The notes beneath the pieces are model-generated. The model made no database searches, was not told where the DNA came from, and saw only the letters and a list, made by a program, of their open reading frames with translations. A DNA stretch of 64,000 bases from Bugula neritina (taxonomy: Eukaryota; Animalia; Bryozoa), in NCBI GenBank assembly GCA_964035545.1, contig OZ037766.1, positions 17,757,081-17,821,080 of the forward strand, in the 5' to 3' direction. Position numbers and translations under genes: made by a program. Position 1 is the stretch's first letter. Every line of letters begins with the position of its first letter. Shown here one piece after another: positions 26,201 through 39,134 of the stretch.

Positions 26201-29200
26201 TTCTTTTGATAGGTGCTCTTGAAACTAATGTGATGGACATTAGCACTCTAAGTCTAGGCGAGGATATCTTAGTGGAATCTAAGAAATCTTACCATCTAGT
26301 TTCCCCAGCAAAGACTTCAATTTCTAGTCCATTTTATCCTGCTAAAGAGGATGGCATAACTAGCAGACATTCAGAGTTAAAAGACATAAGTAAATGTGAA
26401 AAGCAATCAATAATTGATACAATAAGTTTAAAGACAGTTGATGACCTTCTGATAGCTCAGGTCTCAAGTGTTAAACTTGAGTCTAGTAGAAAGAGTTCCA
26501 AAAAATTTTCTGAGAAAGTTCCTGATCCTAAAAGCTCATCTATTTCCACTTACAACGTCTCACCTAAAACTCAGTCGATAGACAGTGAAATCAAGACTAT
26601 TTCTACTAGTACAATTTTAAGTGAGAATTATGATAGTGACTTTGATGACACAGTACGAGAAACTGGCTCCATTCATACTAACAGTGGCTCTCTGTCACGA
26701 AATAGCTCTCACTATAGGTCATGCACAAGCTCACCTGCTGGGTAAGCAAAATAGAGAGTAATTTTTATGTGTCTGTAAAATAGCTTACAGATTAGCAAAT
26801 AGTTATGTGGATATGGGTCCCTAAACTAAGGAGCATAATTTTAATTGGGATTCACTTGCTTTTAATCCGTTGGTAATAATTGATTCTGCTAAAGCATTCC
26901 TTGGCATTTCTGAAAGTTTATTTCTGTCAACATTTGTTATTATTATATCATTTTAGACCAACTATTTATTTGGTTTTATTATGTGCATATATATACAAGT
27001 ACGGTGTTTCTAGGTTTGGAGAAAGCAGCAAGAGTAACAGTCTTTCATGTAGTTCTTCAAGTTTAGATTATAAAAGCTCCTTTCACTCAACATCCAAGTT
27101 ATGCTCTGACTCCAGATCTCCTGCAATGTCTCATTCAAGGTCAAGATCTTCTTCAGTGTCAAGTTCTTACTCAAGGTCTTTGTCTCAGTCAAAGAGAACA
27201 TTGCGCTCAAAGTCAAATTCACGATCATACTCACCATTCTTGTCCTCTTCTAACGCCAGCACAACCTATTCTTCATTCTCACATCATTCAGATAGTTTTG
27301 AAGACACATCTCAGGTGGATGCACCTCATACATCTAGGTAAGCTTTGTGAAAGAAAACTTTTGAGCCACAATTGAACAAACTTTAATCGAATCTATTGCT
27401 TTGTTCTATAATTTATAAAGAATTTTGTTGTAGCTAAGTTTAAGCTTTTCATAATCTTAGTTGTTACTAACTTAATGGTGCTTCTTCATTTCTCTTTTTC
27501 TTTTCTGGGACTCACTGTGATGTTATTTTCTTGTCGGCCTCAGAAAATCTCTAAACTGCGCAGATGCTGGTGTTCAAACTGGAATTGACTTAGAGGAGAT
27601 TATTTTGAAATACTGTTGGACCAGTGATAGTGCAGGTCCTTCTAATCTATCTGAACCATGTGCTACGCAAGTTTTAAAACCGGCAGAAGTTTCAAAGCTA
27701 GCAGTTGATAATGATGCTTTGGCAGGTGATTAATTTCCTATCTTTTGCTATATACTATTTTCACAGTTCCATAAATTTATTGTTGTAAAAATATCATTCA
27801 ACATGGATTTGTAATCAGTTAATGAAACCTAACCTAATTAGAATCATAAAATTGTTAGTTACCTATTTTACTGTAATGTTATAATATACTGCTTTAAACT
27901 AAATTGCATGTAACCAGTGTGGCTTGAATCTTCAAGTACCCTTGTCCTAGAAGTCTTAAGTCAGCAACCAGTACGAAACCGTTGCGCTATTAGGCTATGG
28001 TTTTCAGAAAATAACTAGAAATCTAGTCTATGAGTCTATGAGACTGGCGGTTATGCTAAGCAGTTAATGCAGTAGGAGCTTCACCTCTTCTGCCAAAAGA
28101 CATTTTTAGTTTTTAATGTTATGGATTTTAGAATTTAGTTAAAAGTGGTACAGGTAATAATAGCACAAACGGAAAAGTAGGTAAAATGGCACACTGATGT
28201 TAACTTTTCCCAAACCCTAAACTCAAACCCCACACCTACCACTCCAAACCCTGAACCTCAAACTCAAACCCCAAACCTAAACCCCCATCCCAAATGCCCA
28301 TCCCTAAACTCAAAGCCTTAAACCCCCATACCAAACTCAAAACCCCAATATTGAAAATGTGCCATTTTACCTACTTTTCCATTTGTGCCATGAATACCTG
28401 TGCCATTTTTGTTTGCGATATTTTTGCTGTACCATTTTCACCTGTGCCATTTTTACCGGACATCGGATTTCTAATTTAACTAAAATTAAAAGTGCTTTGT
28501 TGACTAGTAAAAAAAATACGTAACTTTAATGCCTAGCACTGGCAGTGATTCTGGAAATGATGAGAACTTTTTGAATTACTTCTTTTAACTGTTTGTAGCT
28601 ATAAACACATTGTTTTATCATTTTAGTTCTGACCACATTTAATCCTGCACTTCTAGCCTTGAATGACATGATGAGACAACAAGTAGATTTGAGTAAGCAA
28701 TTCCTAAGCTTGCAGAATAATTTGCATAAAAGTGTTTTAGAAAGCATTGAGAAAGAGCATATATACACCACGATGGAAGAAACTAAGCAAGTAAGTGATA
28801 TTGCGGCATACTAGTTTAAGGTGCTCTTACAACTCCATTAATTTTTTGCTACCTGTAGTTATAGCCTGTAATTCTTAGGCTTTTTGTACCACCTCTCCCT
28901 AAATAAGTCAGGATTGGCTAAAGTTGTGAAAAAATTATGGACATTGAAAAGGTCTGTCATCACACAGTAGACCCCTTTCACAAGTCTCTTTAGGGGCATT
29001 TATAATTTGAAGTTGTCTCCTCTCACCAGGTACAAGGGGAAGCCTCCATGATAAAAAAGCACATAAAATCAGTAGAAATTTAAGGTTTGTGTAAAGACTA
29101 ATGCTAGCATGAGGTGCATTTTCTCTGAGATAAATATTTTGGCACGGGCACACATAGCAGTTTCAGAAATTTTTTAAAAATTATTTTTCTTGATAAATTT

Positions 29201-29446
29201 AAAAAAAATAAACTTCAACGCTGTCAGATAAATTCTTCTAATTATTTGTTTTGTTGGCTGCACCGGTCACCACTCTGTTTAGAGCTGTTAACTTTTCAAC
29301 TCTTAGAATAATAATAACTTGCTCATGATATTACAAATTTAATCTATCTATTTTAATCCATAATATCTTTATATTTAGCTGATATTGGCAAACTTAAAAT
29401 TCATTGAAAACTTTTGATTAAAAAACTGGTACACCATATTAATGAT

Positions 29447-29488
<42 letters not shown>

Positions 29489-30801
29489 ACAGGGGGGGGG
29501 GGGGCACAACGGCCGGCCAAATTGTGAGAGAACTTATTAACTTAGAGTTGTGATTTTTTTTCATAGAAAGGTATTGACATATTATTCAGCCATTGTAGTT
29601 TCAACACTTGCGGAACTGTTGAAAAGGCAAGTAAAAAACTGTTTTTACCTACTTTTTGTAAATCTTTTAAGAAGTCGTTAAAGCTTTATAACTTTTTGCA
29701 TTCAAAGGCAACCAGCCTAGATTCTACTGATATTGTTGCCATTGCTTGTCTCTACATTGCTTAACTAGTATAACAACAAACTCTAAAATAAATTTTCCTT
29801 GAGCCACATTTATTTTCAGTTTGGCCACTGGGGCACAGTGAACCACGCTGACCGGGGCACAATGGGCCACCTGATAGTTGCACCCTAATCACTGTTATTA
29901 GTTTGTTTGCTCAAAAGTTGGTTGAAATGTTAATAAAATCTATAGATATAGCCATATCTGACCTTTTTGTAAAATATCAAAGACATCATGGTGACTGGTG
30001 AGACTACAAAACTGCAAGGTGAAGCTCCCCTAATATATACATCTGGTGAGGTTAAAGCTTTGCTGTTTTATACATAATACAAAACACTCTGCTGTTGCTA
30101 CTAGTAGATAGTCATGATATTCATTATATATTATATCATTGAGCGAATATTCATGTATTTGACTAAATTAAATTGTGATTTGCTCATTTGCTCCCCCCCC
30201 CCCCCCCGTCGCCCTTCGGTACTTCAGCCACAAACCGAAGCCATGCACTTTAGCTACAGTTCATAGAAAAAAGTTCACTCGGAATTTTGTAGTACATGTT
30301 ACTAAAGTTTTTTTCTGATAAAAGTTCCTCTGAAGTGAAAATAAAAAACATTTTTAGTTTTAAACAGTAATGATAATGGCACCGTAGAACTGAGTGATGT
30401 GCGTTTGATTTTGCCTTCCCCTGCTATCCGTGGTGGCACAAACTGTACAGCAAAACATGAATTTTGCTGTAGATCTGAAAGAATATCTTTATTTGTAATA
30501 TTAAATAAATACAGATCAGATGCGACAAAATCTGCAAAGTTTCAATATATTTGTTGTGTCCCACCCAGTGGCCCATTGTACCCAGGTAGCTGGGCACAAT
30601 GGGCCGATTTTTTCGCCATGAAAATTTCATTATTCTGAAAGTTGTGAAAGAGCTAGAAACAACAAACTGATACCTGTAATAGACAACAGTTGCAACATTA
30701 AAACTAGAGATTATTAAACTAGAAACTTGAAAAACAGACAAATGAGAGCAACAAATGCAAATTTCGGCCCGTTGTGCTTCCCCCCCCCCCCCCCGTTACC
30801 C

Positions 30802-30850
<49 letters not shown>

Positions 30851-33800
30851 CAGTATATATGTGTATATATATGTATACAGCATATATGTATATATATATA
30901 TACACATATATGCACACACGCGCGCACACACACACAGGAAGGTGGGACTAGTTGAACTGAAGTTGCGTTTTTGAGAATAATTTCTGAAGAAATCTTTTGC
31001 CAATCCAAAAAGCAGCATCATGAAAGTCAGTCATTGTATCTGCTTCTCAATAGCTACAAGGAGTCTTGACAGAGTATATACTTGCTTTATTGTGATGTAA
31101 CTTTATTAACAACTCTTTGTTCACTCGTGAAAACTGTAGCAAAACATAAGATATGTTTCAAGTTGCTCTGAACTTTCACTGTACACAGAAATATTCCAGC
31201 TGCACTGACAATATTAAAGCTCTCAATTAGAGTAGACTCATCCTTACCTTTGGGTTGAGTTGGAATACTTTTATTAGAAATCGTAACACTGTTTGTGTTA
31301 GTCATGACTGTTCTAAATTTAAATACTTACATAAAACACAGTAAACTGCCTGTTTTAACGGCACTACTCAATGACGATATAAAACTTTAATTTCCTCGAT
31401 TGCAATGGGCTATCGAGATAGAGTGGGGCTAGTGGGAACTTGCTAATTACTAATTGATTTAAAAGCAGTTTGGAAATAGCTGACAATGATATCAACCTTG
31501 TGCTAAAGATTACAGAAGTACATATAGTTGACATAGAAAACTAAAGCTAAACCAACGCTAATAGAAGTGATGATAACAATAATAATATAATAATTTGACC
31601 AAATAAAATTGAAAATATCAGAAAACCTCTTCTCTAGTTTGACAGTAGTTATATCAAAATAAACAACAAGTCATATGCAGTCAATTTTTAAATTCAATTA
31701 CATCAATTTAACTGCCTCGATCTATTAATTTGCTGAACGGTTCTATGCATGAGTTTGAATAACTTCCTATTACAAAATTTCTATGGCCTTTCAGTATCTA
31801 TAGTGAATGTTACAGTATATTGATAGTTCACTTTTACTTAGCTGTTGAGACTTTGCTGCTTGTTGACTGTTGTGTTCTTCTATGGTGACTGGAGACTGTA
31901 GGGGTTGTCTGTATTGACTATATGTAGACTATAGGTTGTTGATTATGATTGTAGAATTGTTCTATGTTGCTTAGTTCAGTGGTCATTAAATGTGTAGGTG
32001 AGAATAATATTTCTAGAGCATCGGTGAATGTTGTCAGCTTGGATCAAGTTTATGTTAGATAGAGTTGAGTTTCACTTGATGATCAGAGTAGAGTTGTCAC
32101 TGTGATGAGAGTAGAGTTTTCACTGTATCTGCTTCCCAATGGCTAAAACGAATCTCGACAGGGTAAATGTTTTATTTTGATGTAACTTTATTAACAACCC
32201 TTTGTTCACCCGTGAAAACTGTAACAACAAAACATAAGATATATACAGTAAACCACCATCTTAAGTGACCAACAAATCAAAAAAAATTCTAAATATTGTA
32301 ACATTTCAAAGTAACTAGCACAATACAAAAAGATAATATTGGCATTAATAGTAACAGTACACATAGCAATTAATGTACACATACCCCTGTTTTTTCGCAT
32401 CATGAGATGCAGATAACTATATTCTGTAATTTGACTATATTATATATTATTTTACAAATCTATGTATGAAAAACTATATGCTGTTGACTATAGCAATAAG
32501 TTTCAATTGCATTACTTGTGTAAATAAGATGTTACCGTGATGCCATTACTTTGAGCTATAGCCACAAAATGATACAATAAGAATGCAATACACTATAGCC
32601 ATGCACAAGTATGATACCATTGTTAGCAGAAAATAAACAAGGATGTTTATTCTTACTATTGAATTAAAAGATAATGAAAGCATAAAAAAGTTGCAAGAAG
32701 TTAATAATAATATGGTGAAATTTATTGTGATGAAAATAGTACTTATTCTATTAAAAGTTGTGCAGCCAATCCATTACAGTCATATGTTGCTGTTTTTTCA
32801 ATTAAAACTGGATGTATAAACATTTTACTCACTAAGATAGAGTCAATTTTCTGACTGTAAGTTTTTTTGGTACAACGTGCCCGGTAGATTAAACCATCCT
32901 GTGTGAAAGTTGAACAGGATTCATTTATCCTATGATAAAAATTGTTTTACCCATTTTGCAAGTTGAAACAATTTTTTAAAAATAACAATAATTAAGCAAA
33001 ATAAGAATAAATTCGCATAAACAAATAGCTGAGACTCTGGATGTGATCTGTCATTGTACCCATTTGACATTTCAAAGATAGGCGATTTAGAAAATCTTTT
33101 AAAACCTAAGCAGCAGCAGCAAACTAGTGGGAAAGCTTTTATAAGTTGCTGTTTTGTAGGTCATCCTTAAGCAAATTACATGTATGAAATAGGGTCCTTT
33201 TATATATGAGAACAGAAATTACACGTGTGGTTGAGCATAATCAACTTTTTAGAGGGCTGTTTGAAGGCTCTCAACTTAATGATAGATGATTTACGCCACT
33301 GCCTGGCTTTACCATATTTATTACTGTAATTAAGTTTTCCTAATCTGTTTTTCCCTGTTTGTTTTCAGGATAAAATTTTCCACCATTCTGAAAATAATTG
33401 CAGAATGGATTAATTACACTATTAACCTACATTTTTATTTGTTTTAGGACTAAATGTATGTTTGGATTTAAATATTGATGGCAGAATGATTTATTGAGAA
33501 AAATATAAACTTAAATGTAAAAACTGGTGTGCCCAATTATAATAAACATAGGGAAAATAGTTAGTGGGACAACTCACCCCACTTCCTCTGTGATTAACTA
33601 GCCCACACTGTCACGCTACAAGATGTTGTCAATATCTGCTGTGAATGAGATATCTCTGCAACTTTAGGTCATTGCTCAGCTTTGAAAGCATGTTGACAAT
33701 ACATGCCTGAAATTATTTGACTGGGTTCTTAAAATTTGAAAAGCTATGCAACTTTTTATGAAAGAAATAAATTTTTAGTTTGCTCATTTTTTATGCAAAA

Positions 33801-34274
33801 GGTTTGAAAAATACTCACTCACCTGAAAACTTCTGCTTTGATTTTATATATTTTTATATGACTGGTAGTTCAACTCAAGTGCTAATAAGTAAAAGAAGTA
33901 AAATAGTACAATGATTTTAAGAAGAAAGTTTGGAGCATGTGGTTCAACTAGCCCTGTGGTTCAAATATCCTCACTCTCCCCTATTTATTTATTTATTTAT
34001 CTATATTTCCATTTGTGAGTCAAATTAATACGAACTAGTCAACTTGATTCATTGGTTTGAACTGAAGTTTTTAGGTTTAGACTATAAGCCATGGCTTTAT
34101 TTGCTACAATTTCATTTCTGCTGTAAGACAATTTCAAAAAGAAAACCATTTGAAATACTTGCATTTCTTATGCTCATAGTTTTGTTTTAGTTTATTGAAA
34201 GTAGAAGACAGCCAAAACTGACCTTTGAACAAGCTTTAGCCATGGTGAAGGAAGAGATGGGACTGCAGCTATAG
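17205..34274 (+). CDS. C19orf44: C19orf44-like (DUF4614) protein, about 708 aa; exons 17205-17330, 20895-21087, 22760-23017, 23724-23851, 25807-25945, 26213-26741, 27014-27337, 27544-27725, 28627-28790, 34191-34274
   Basis: C-terminus DAGVQT...KYCW...LAVDNDALAVLTTFNPALLALNDMMRQQVDLSKQFL...HIYTTMEETKQFIESRRQPKLTFEQALAMVKEEM parallels the recalled C19orf44 C-terminus ([26 protein letters not shown]...YHTLEEAKEYI...LTMEDALEEV). The N-terminus has NFSDISIS and SKFLK motifs and the middle is Ser-rich. Ten GT-AG exons, phases consistent, 2127 nt. Confidence 0.85.
19130..19610. repeat. Interspersed repeat with about 180-bp internal tandem units; second copy about 57420-57785
   Basis: tgaagagcttttgtggctaactgggtg...caatctaga occurs twice in each copy. 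Confidence 0.65.
20154..20415. mobile_element. Telomere-like-core short element, further copy
   Basis: ccggtgtccgttaaaaatggcgcag...gggtttggg...ttacctaaaatc. Confidence 0.65.
21186..22545. mobile_element. TA-flanked non-autonomous Tc1/mariner-pogo-type element, copy 1
   Basis: TA|GGGGTAACGGGG..GCACAACGG ... CCGTTGTGC..CCCCGTTACCCC|TA, with internal GGGGCACAATGGGCCA motifs. Near full-length direct copy at 29487-30802. Confidence 0.85.
23887..25500. mobile_element. Foldback/Mutator-like non-autonomous element with 9-bp TSD GAAATTTTG
   Basis: gaaattttg at 23878-23886 and 25501-25509; near-perfect arms about 23890-24260 vs 25065-25437; at least eight copies of the motif TGACTAAAATGGGTGTC in both orientations. 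Confidence 0.85.
28125..28466. mobile_element. Telomere-like-core short element, further copy
   Basis: aaaagtggtacaggtaataatagcac...(aaaccc-rich core)...gtgccatttttaccggacatcgg. Confidence 0.65.
29487..30802. mobile_element. TA-flanked non-autonomous element, copy 2, embedded in (TA)n/(TG)n
   Basis: Colinear with 21186-22545 (roughly 85-90% by eye). The left terminus is eroded into a (TA)n tract; the right end is GTTACCCC|TATATA. Confidence 0.85.
30803..30935. repeat. Compound (TA)n/(TG)n/(CA)n microsatellite
   Basis: Direct inspection. Confidence 0.9.
30936..33983 (-). mobile_element. Decayed pogo-like DNA transposon
   Basis: Ends aggaaggtgggactagttgaac and gttcaactagccc..cactctccccta. 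A duplicated 130-bp block (31034-31153, 32121-32242) reads FATVFTSEQ on the minus strand, like the start of a pogo CENP-B HTH. 33040-33983 is the reverse complement of 48476-49410. Confidence 0.55.
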
Positions 34275-35721
34275 TTTTACTATCAAATTGTGTGTGTTGG
34301 CTAAAATTAATTTACAAGGTTGCACTTGAAATAAATATTATATAGTTTTGAATATTTATGTATGTTCATGCTTTTCTGTTATAATATGCAATTTTTGGGT
34401 GCTGATATTAACAGGTTTTTAAAACTGGCACTGTCATCAAAATTTTGTTTATACAGTCTTCTGACAGCTGCTGCTTTTGCTGCTTGCCAGCTCATAAGTG
34501 TAATTTATAAGTTTAGGTCACAAGTGAGTGGTTTCTATTTTGAAATCTAGTATATATTATTTTAGTGTGGAAATACTTCAAAGTAAGTTTATAAATTCAT
34601 TGCATGAATTTTTTATCTCAAGATTTTATTCAGATTTTGTATTGGGATTTTGTTTCATATATAATAGCCTATATAGTGAACAAATTAATCATCTTTTGGA
34701 CCTAGAGATACTATCTTTTACCATGTTTTCCATATATTATAACAATTTATCTTGAATATGAATAAAAGGTAAAATAATAAGCAATAATTTTTTTATACTA
34801 TTTGGAAACCATACTGCAAACATTATCGCAATAATATTTTCTGATTTAGTTATGTAATATATTATGTCTAGCCACTGATCAGTATTCAGGATATAGCTTT
34901 CTAATGTTTCCAGTAAAGGTTTCAATTGTGAAGCAATTTGTTTATATAGTTGACTCTATGTTTTAATTTTGATATTGTTAGTTTTACGTTGGTTTCATGC
35001 AAGTCTTGGAAATAGTCACAATTTATAGGTATTTATAAATCTGAACAGTACAGTGAATTATTGGTAATAACCCAAAGTTTGGTCTGCAAGATAATATTTG
35101 CTACTTATATTATTTAAATTATAAAGAGTTTCTAAGTGTTAAAATGGGTTCAATTTTATGCACACTTAATTTGAAATACCTAATAGATCGCAGAGAACCT
35201 GCTGCCCTAGAAAATCTTGCAAATCAGCAACCAGAAAAATAATAAAACAAACTTTAGACCAAATTACCAAATAATGGTGTTTGCAGCTCAATTGTTTTTA
35301 AAAATCTGCTGTGCCCTCTTACATTGTGTGGATTTGGCTGTTGATATGGGCATGAATAGAATTTTTATCTAAAATGTTATGCATAAAATTATACTCAACT
35401 GATGATGAATTACAAAACTTTTGTTGAGTGGGTTGAATGTATGTATGTATATACAAACCAAAATCATAATATAAGTTGCACTGTACATGGAAAAAAAAAA
35501 TAAACATTTATATAAAGATCTCAACCTGTGTACAGCAGCTGTTTCAGTATTTTCTCGTCATCAGCACAGAACAGAGCACCACCTTAGCAATAGTAGAAAC
35601 TTATGTTTCTGCTAAAGCATATTTAAAGGTATGCAAACTCAAGCCAGAGTGCTCAAGGGACTCTAGGGGTCACCTAGGAGTCACGAGATTTGCAAAATTC
35701 TAACAGCTTGAGTTTGTCGCG

Positions 35722-37270
35722 TCCTAGTTAAAGTGCTCAAAAAAAGCTAAAATTGTTCCTCTACACAAAAAAGGCATAGCTACTGATGTAAGAAATTACC
35801 GCCCAATCTCTATATTACCTGCTTTCAGTAAGATAGCTGAAAAGATTTTAAATAAGCAAATAGTAGATTTTCTAGAAAGCAAAAATTATTTAACTGATAA
35901 GCAGTAAGGCTTTAGACAAAATAGAAGCACAAATATTGCCTTAATTAATCCAACAAATAAGGTTTTTAATGCTATGAACAATGGTAATTCTGTAGCGGAA
36001 TTTTCCTCAATTTTAGTAAGGCCTTTGACACAATAAATCATAAAATCTTATTAGCTAAATTAAAAATGCTCCACTTTTCAAGTATTAGCTAATTAAAAAT
36101 TATCTGTCCAATCGTCAACAGTCTACTATTATCAACAACACATATTCTGACTTTATTCATATCACATGTGGAGTACCACAATGATCCATACTTGGTCCCA
36201 CACTATTCCTAATTTATATAAATGATCTTCCAGATGTAACTATGCATTTAGACCCTATATTATTTGCCGACGATACGAACCTTTTCTTTGAATCAAAAAA
36301 TCTATTAAACAATATGGACATCATAAACTGTGAATTAAAGAAAATTGAAACTTAGTGCAATAAAAATAAATTAACTGTAAACATGAGTAAAACAAACTAT
36401 ATGATAATCAAAACAGCGCAAAATAAACAAGATTTAAATGGCTCTGCCTTAGAAATGTTCAACAAAAAATTAGTGGAGGTAAAATCAACTATACCTTCTT
36501 AGGTATTATAATAAATTCACATCTTTCTTGGCAACAACATTGCAGCAAACTTTGTCAAAACCTAAGGCCCTTAGTAGGCTTGATAAGTAAATGTTCCCAT
36601 CATCTACCTAGAAAAATTCCAATACAAGTATATAACTCTTTTGTAAATTCTAAATTAACATATTGTCTAGAATCGTGGGGTAATACAGCAAACATTTATC
36701 TTGAACCATTACATTTACTACAAAAGAAAATACTGAGAATTATATATAAAAAGCATCACCTTTCCCCATCTAAACCACTGTTTCTTAGTTTTTCAATCAT
36801 GCCTATTCACACTCTACACAAATTCAAACTAATACTGCTCTCACATAAACTTTACTACTCTCAACTAACACATCTCACACATAACTATCCCACAAGATTT
36901 TCAGAGTTCAGCCTACAAACTCCTCCATCATCAACTGCTGCAGGTCAACGAAGAGTGGAATTCCAATGTTTGGAATAAATTGCCTAGTTCTATTCATGCT
37001 GTGGAGAGGGAGGCTGGTTTCAAACTTGCCCTAAGAGACCACCTAATGGCAAATTTCCAGATAAAAAAATAATACTCTTTGAGTTGCTAAAACTCTCCAA
37101 AAACCTAAAAAAAATCTTATATAACAGAAAATAATAAGCTGACTGTCAACCATTCATGGCTAGGTGCCTCGACTAGCTACAGTGCTATTGCGCCATAGGC
37201 CCTGTCATTTTGTTTATTTTTTCTCAATTAATTCCCCCCACCTGTGGCAAAATAAAAACAAACAAACAAA
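35722..37270 (+). mobile_element. 5'-truncated degenerate CR1/L2-like LINE (RT domain, 3' UTR, (AAAC)n tail)
   Basis: AKIVPLHKKG..NYRPISILPAFSKIAEK, FSKAFDTINH, CGVPQ*SILGPTLFLIYINDL, LFADDTNL, with stops and frameshifts; ends aataaaaacaaacaaacaaac. Confidence 0.93.
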
Positions 37271-37311
37271 CTCTAAATGTCATTGCTGAGCATAAAATGG
37301 GAGCATTATAT

Positions 37312-37417
<106 letters not shown>

Positions 37418-37530
37418 GCTGTAGCGTGAGTTTTTTAAAACAGCAGACAAAAAAGTGCTCAAATTATTATGTGTATAATAATGAGCAATTATATTATTGA
37501 GAAAAAGAGCAATTTAATTAGATGTTATTT

Positions 37531-37585
37531 TATTGTGCTACTAGTAGTTTTATGCCTCTTCAGCACTCCACAGGCACATGAATAT
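37531..37585 (-). ncRNA. Degenerate minimal type I hammerhead ribozyme in pseudo-LTR
   Basis: Reverse complement gtgc-CTGTGGA-gtgctgaagaggcat-AAAA-ctactag-TA-gcacaata; both core boxes are mutated. Confidence 0.5.
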
Positions 37586-38153
37586 TGACGAATTTAAATT
37601 TTTACATCAAGAAAATCAACATGCTAAACAGAAAGTAAATCATCATTTAAAAACAAGGAGAAAGCAAATCAAACAGAAAGTTTAGCAAATACATTTGGCA
37701 ACTAACTAACAAAAACATTAAACACAACATAAGTTGGAAAATATTTAGAAAAGCAAAACCATACAACACATTTATCAAAAGGTGTAATTTATGCCTATGG
37801 GAATGTTTTTTTATTTTATACATACCCAACATGTGTACTTTAAACAAACAAAACGAACTCTTATCAACCTGCCCACACTCAAAAAAATTCTTGCTGTGCA
37901 ACCATAAAACCTAGAAACTCTGTATTTATATTTTATGTAGCCTACTATAGTAAACAACATCCAAATACCCACAGAGTATAGTCACCCAACAACAACTTCA
38001 TCTGCTATAAATTGTGTTTTTACATTATGTTTTTCATATATATAATAACACTTACAAACCTATATAGCAACAAAGCCACTGCTATGTTTGCATTACGTTT
38101 TACGTTTTGTTTAGCATGTTGATTTTCTTAATGTAAAAATTTAAATTCGTCAA

Positions 38154-38204
38154 TATTGTGCCTGATGAGTGCTGAAGAGACATGAAACTACTAGCAGCAC
38201 AATA
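38154..38204 (+). ncRNA. Minimal type I hammerhead ribozyme motif, cleavage triplet mutated
   Basis: tattgtgc-CTGATGA-gtgctgaagagacat-GAAA-ctactag-cA-gcacaata, with a perfect 8-bp stem I. Confidence 0.7.
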
Positions 38205-38235
38205 AGATAACATCTAATTAAATTGCTCTTTTTCT

Positions 38236-38285
<50 letters not shown>

Positions 38286-39134
38286 AGCCAGCAATTCATT
38301 AATGAATATGTATAGAAACAAAATTTTGGTTTTGTCACTTTATTAAATAAAGCAAACTGATATTTCGGGCATGACTGTGCCCATCTGCAGAGTAACAACG
38401 TTGCGTTAAACTGTATATGGTGACTTATATCAACGATCAACTTTTAGGCTCCTTCAATTTGATGTTTTATGCAAATTGTTACAAAAACTTATTTTGAGCA
38501 ATTATCAGCTTGTTTCATGATCATAATATATGCTTAAAAGTTTGTTTGTGTGAAGTTTTACATCTATACATAGTAAAGGTAAAACATCAAAGTATTTTGG
38601 AATGTATGCGTGTGTTAAATGTTATTAGTTTAATATGCATGACTTTAGATTAGCCTTATGTTTTACATCGCTCAAACTAAGTTATCAAAATAATAACTTA
38701 TTAATCTTTAAATTACTTCCGGTTGGTAACTTTGGTTTCACTGTGCATTGGTTAATTCCTTTTAATATAGTATGTGATGACAAAAGCAAGCAATCTCAAT
38801 TTTAAACTACTATGTAAATGTCATCTGAAAAGTTATTTTATTAAGATTCAAATTTTGATTTGGAAAGCTTCATTGTGTTTTATAGAAGTATTTAATTTTA
38901 TCTTTACTTACGTAAATAAAATTACATAATTGCTTGTTTGCTCATGTCTAACAACTTTGTATGCAACTTTTTAAGTGCCAAATAGTCATTCCATAGGCAT
39001 GTTATCATTTTCAACAAGTGATAAGGCTTGATAGTAGTCATATCAACTAATGACTTTGTCAACTAAACACTTCAGTTTCACATATTTCTTTCTTTTTCTT
39101 GCTCCCTGTTGATGCATTAACTACATTTGACAGC

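Noticed and set aside
28205-28350. Interstitial telomere or chromosome-fusion scar
   Set aside because: The repeats are degenerate and enclosed within a dispersed short element present four times.
30714-31021. Cluster of overlapping ORFs rich in YI/CV/HT (also 37210-37500, 38150-38440, 62409-62721)
   Set aside because: Translations of dinucleotide microsatellites.
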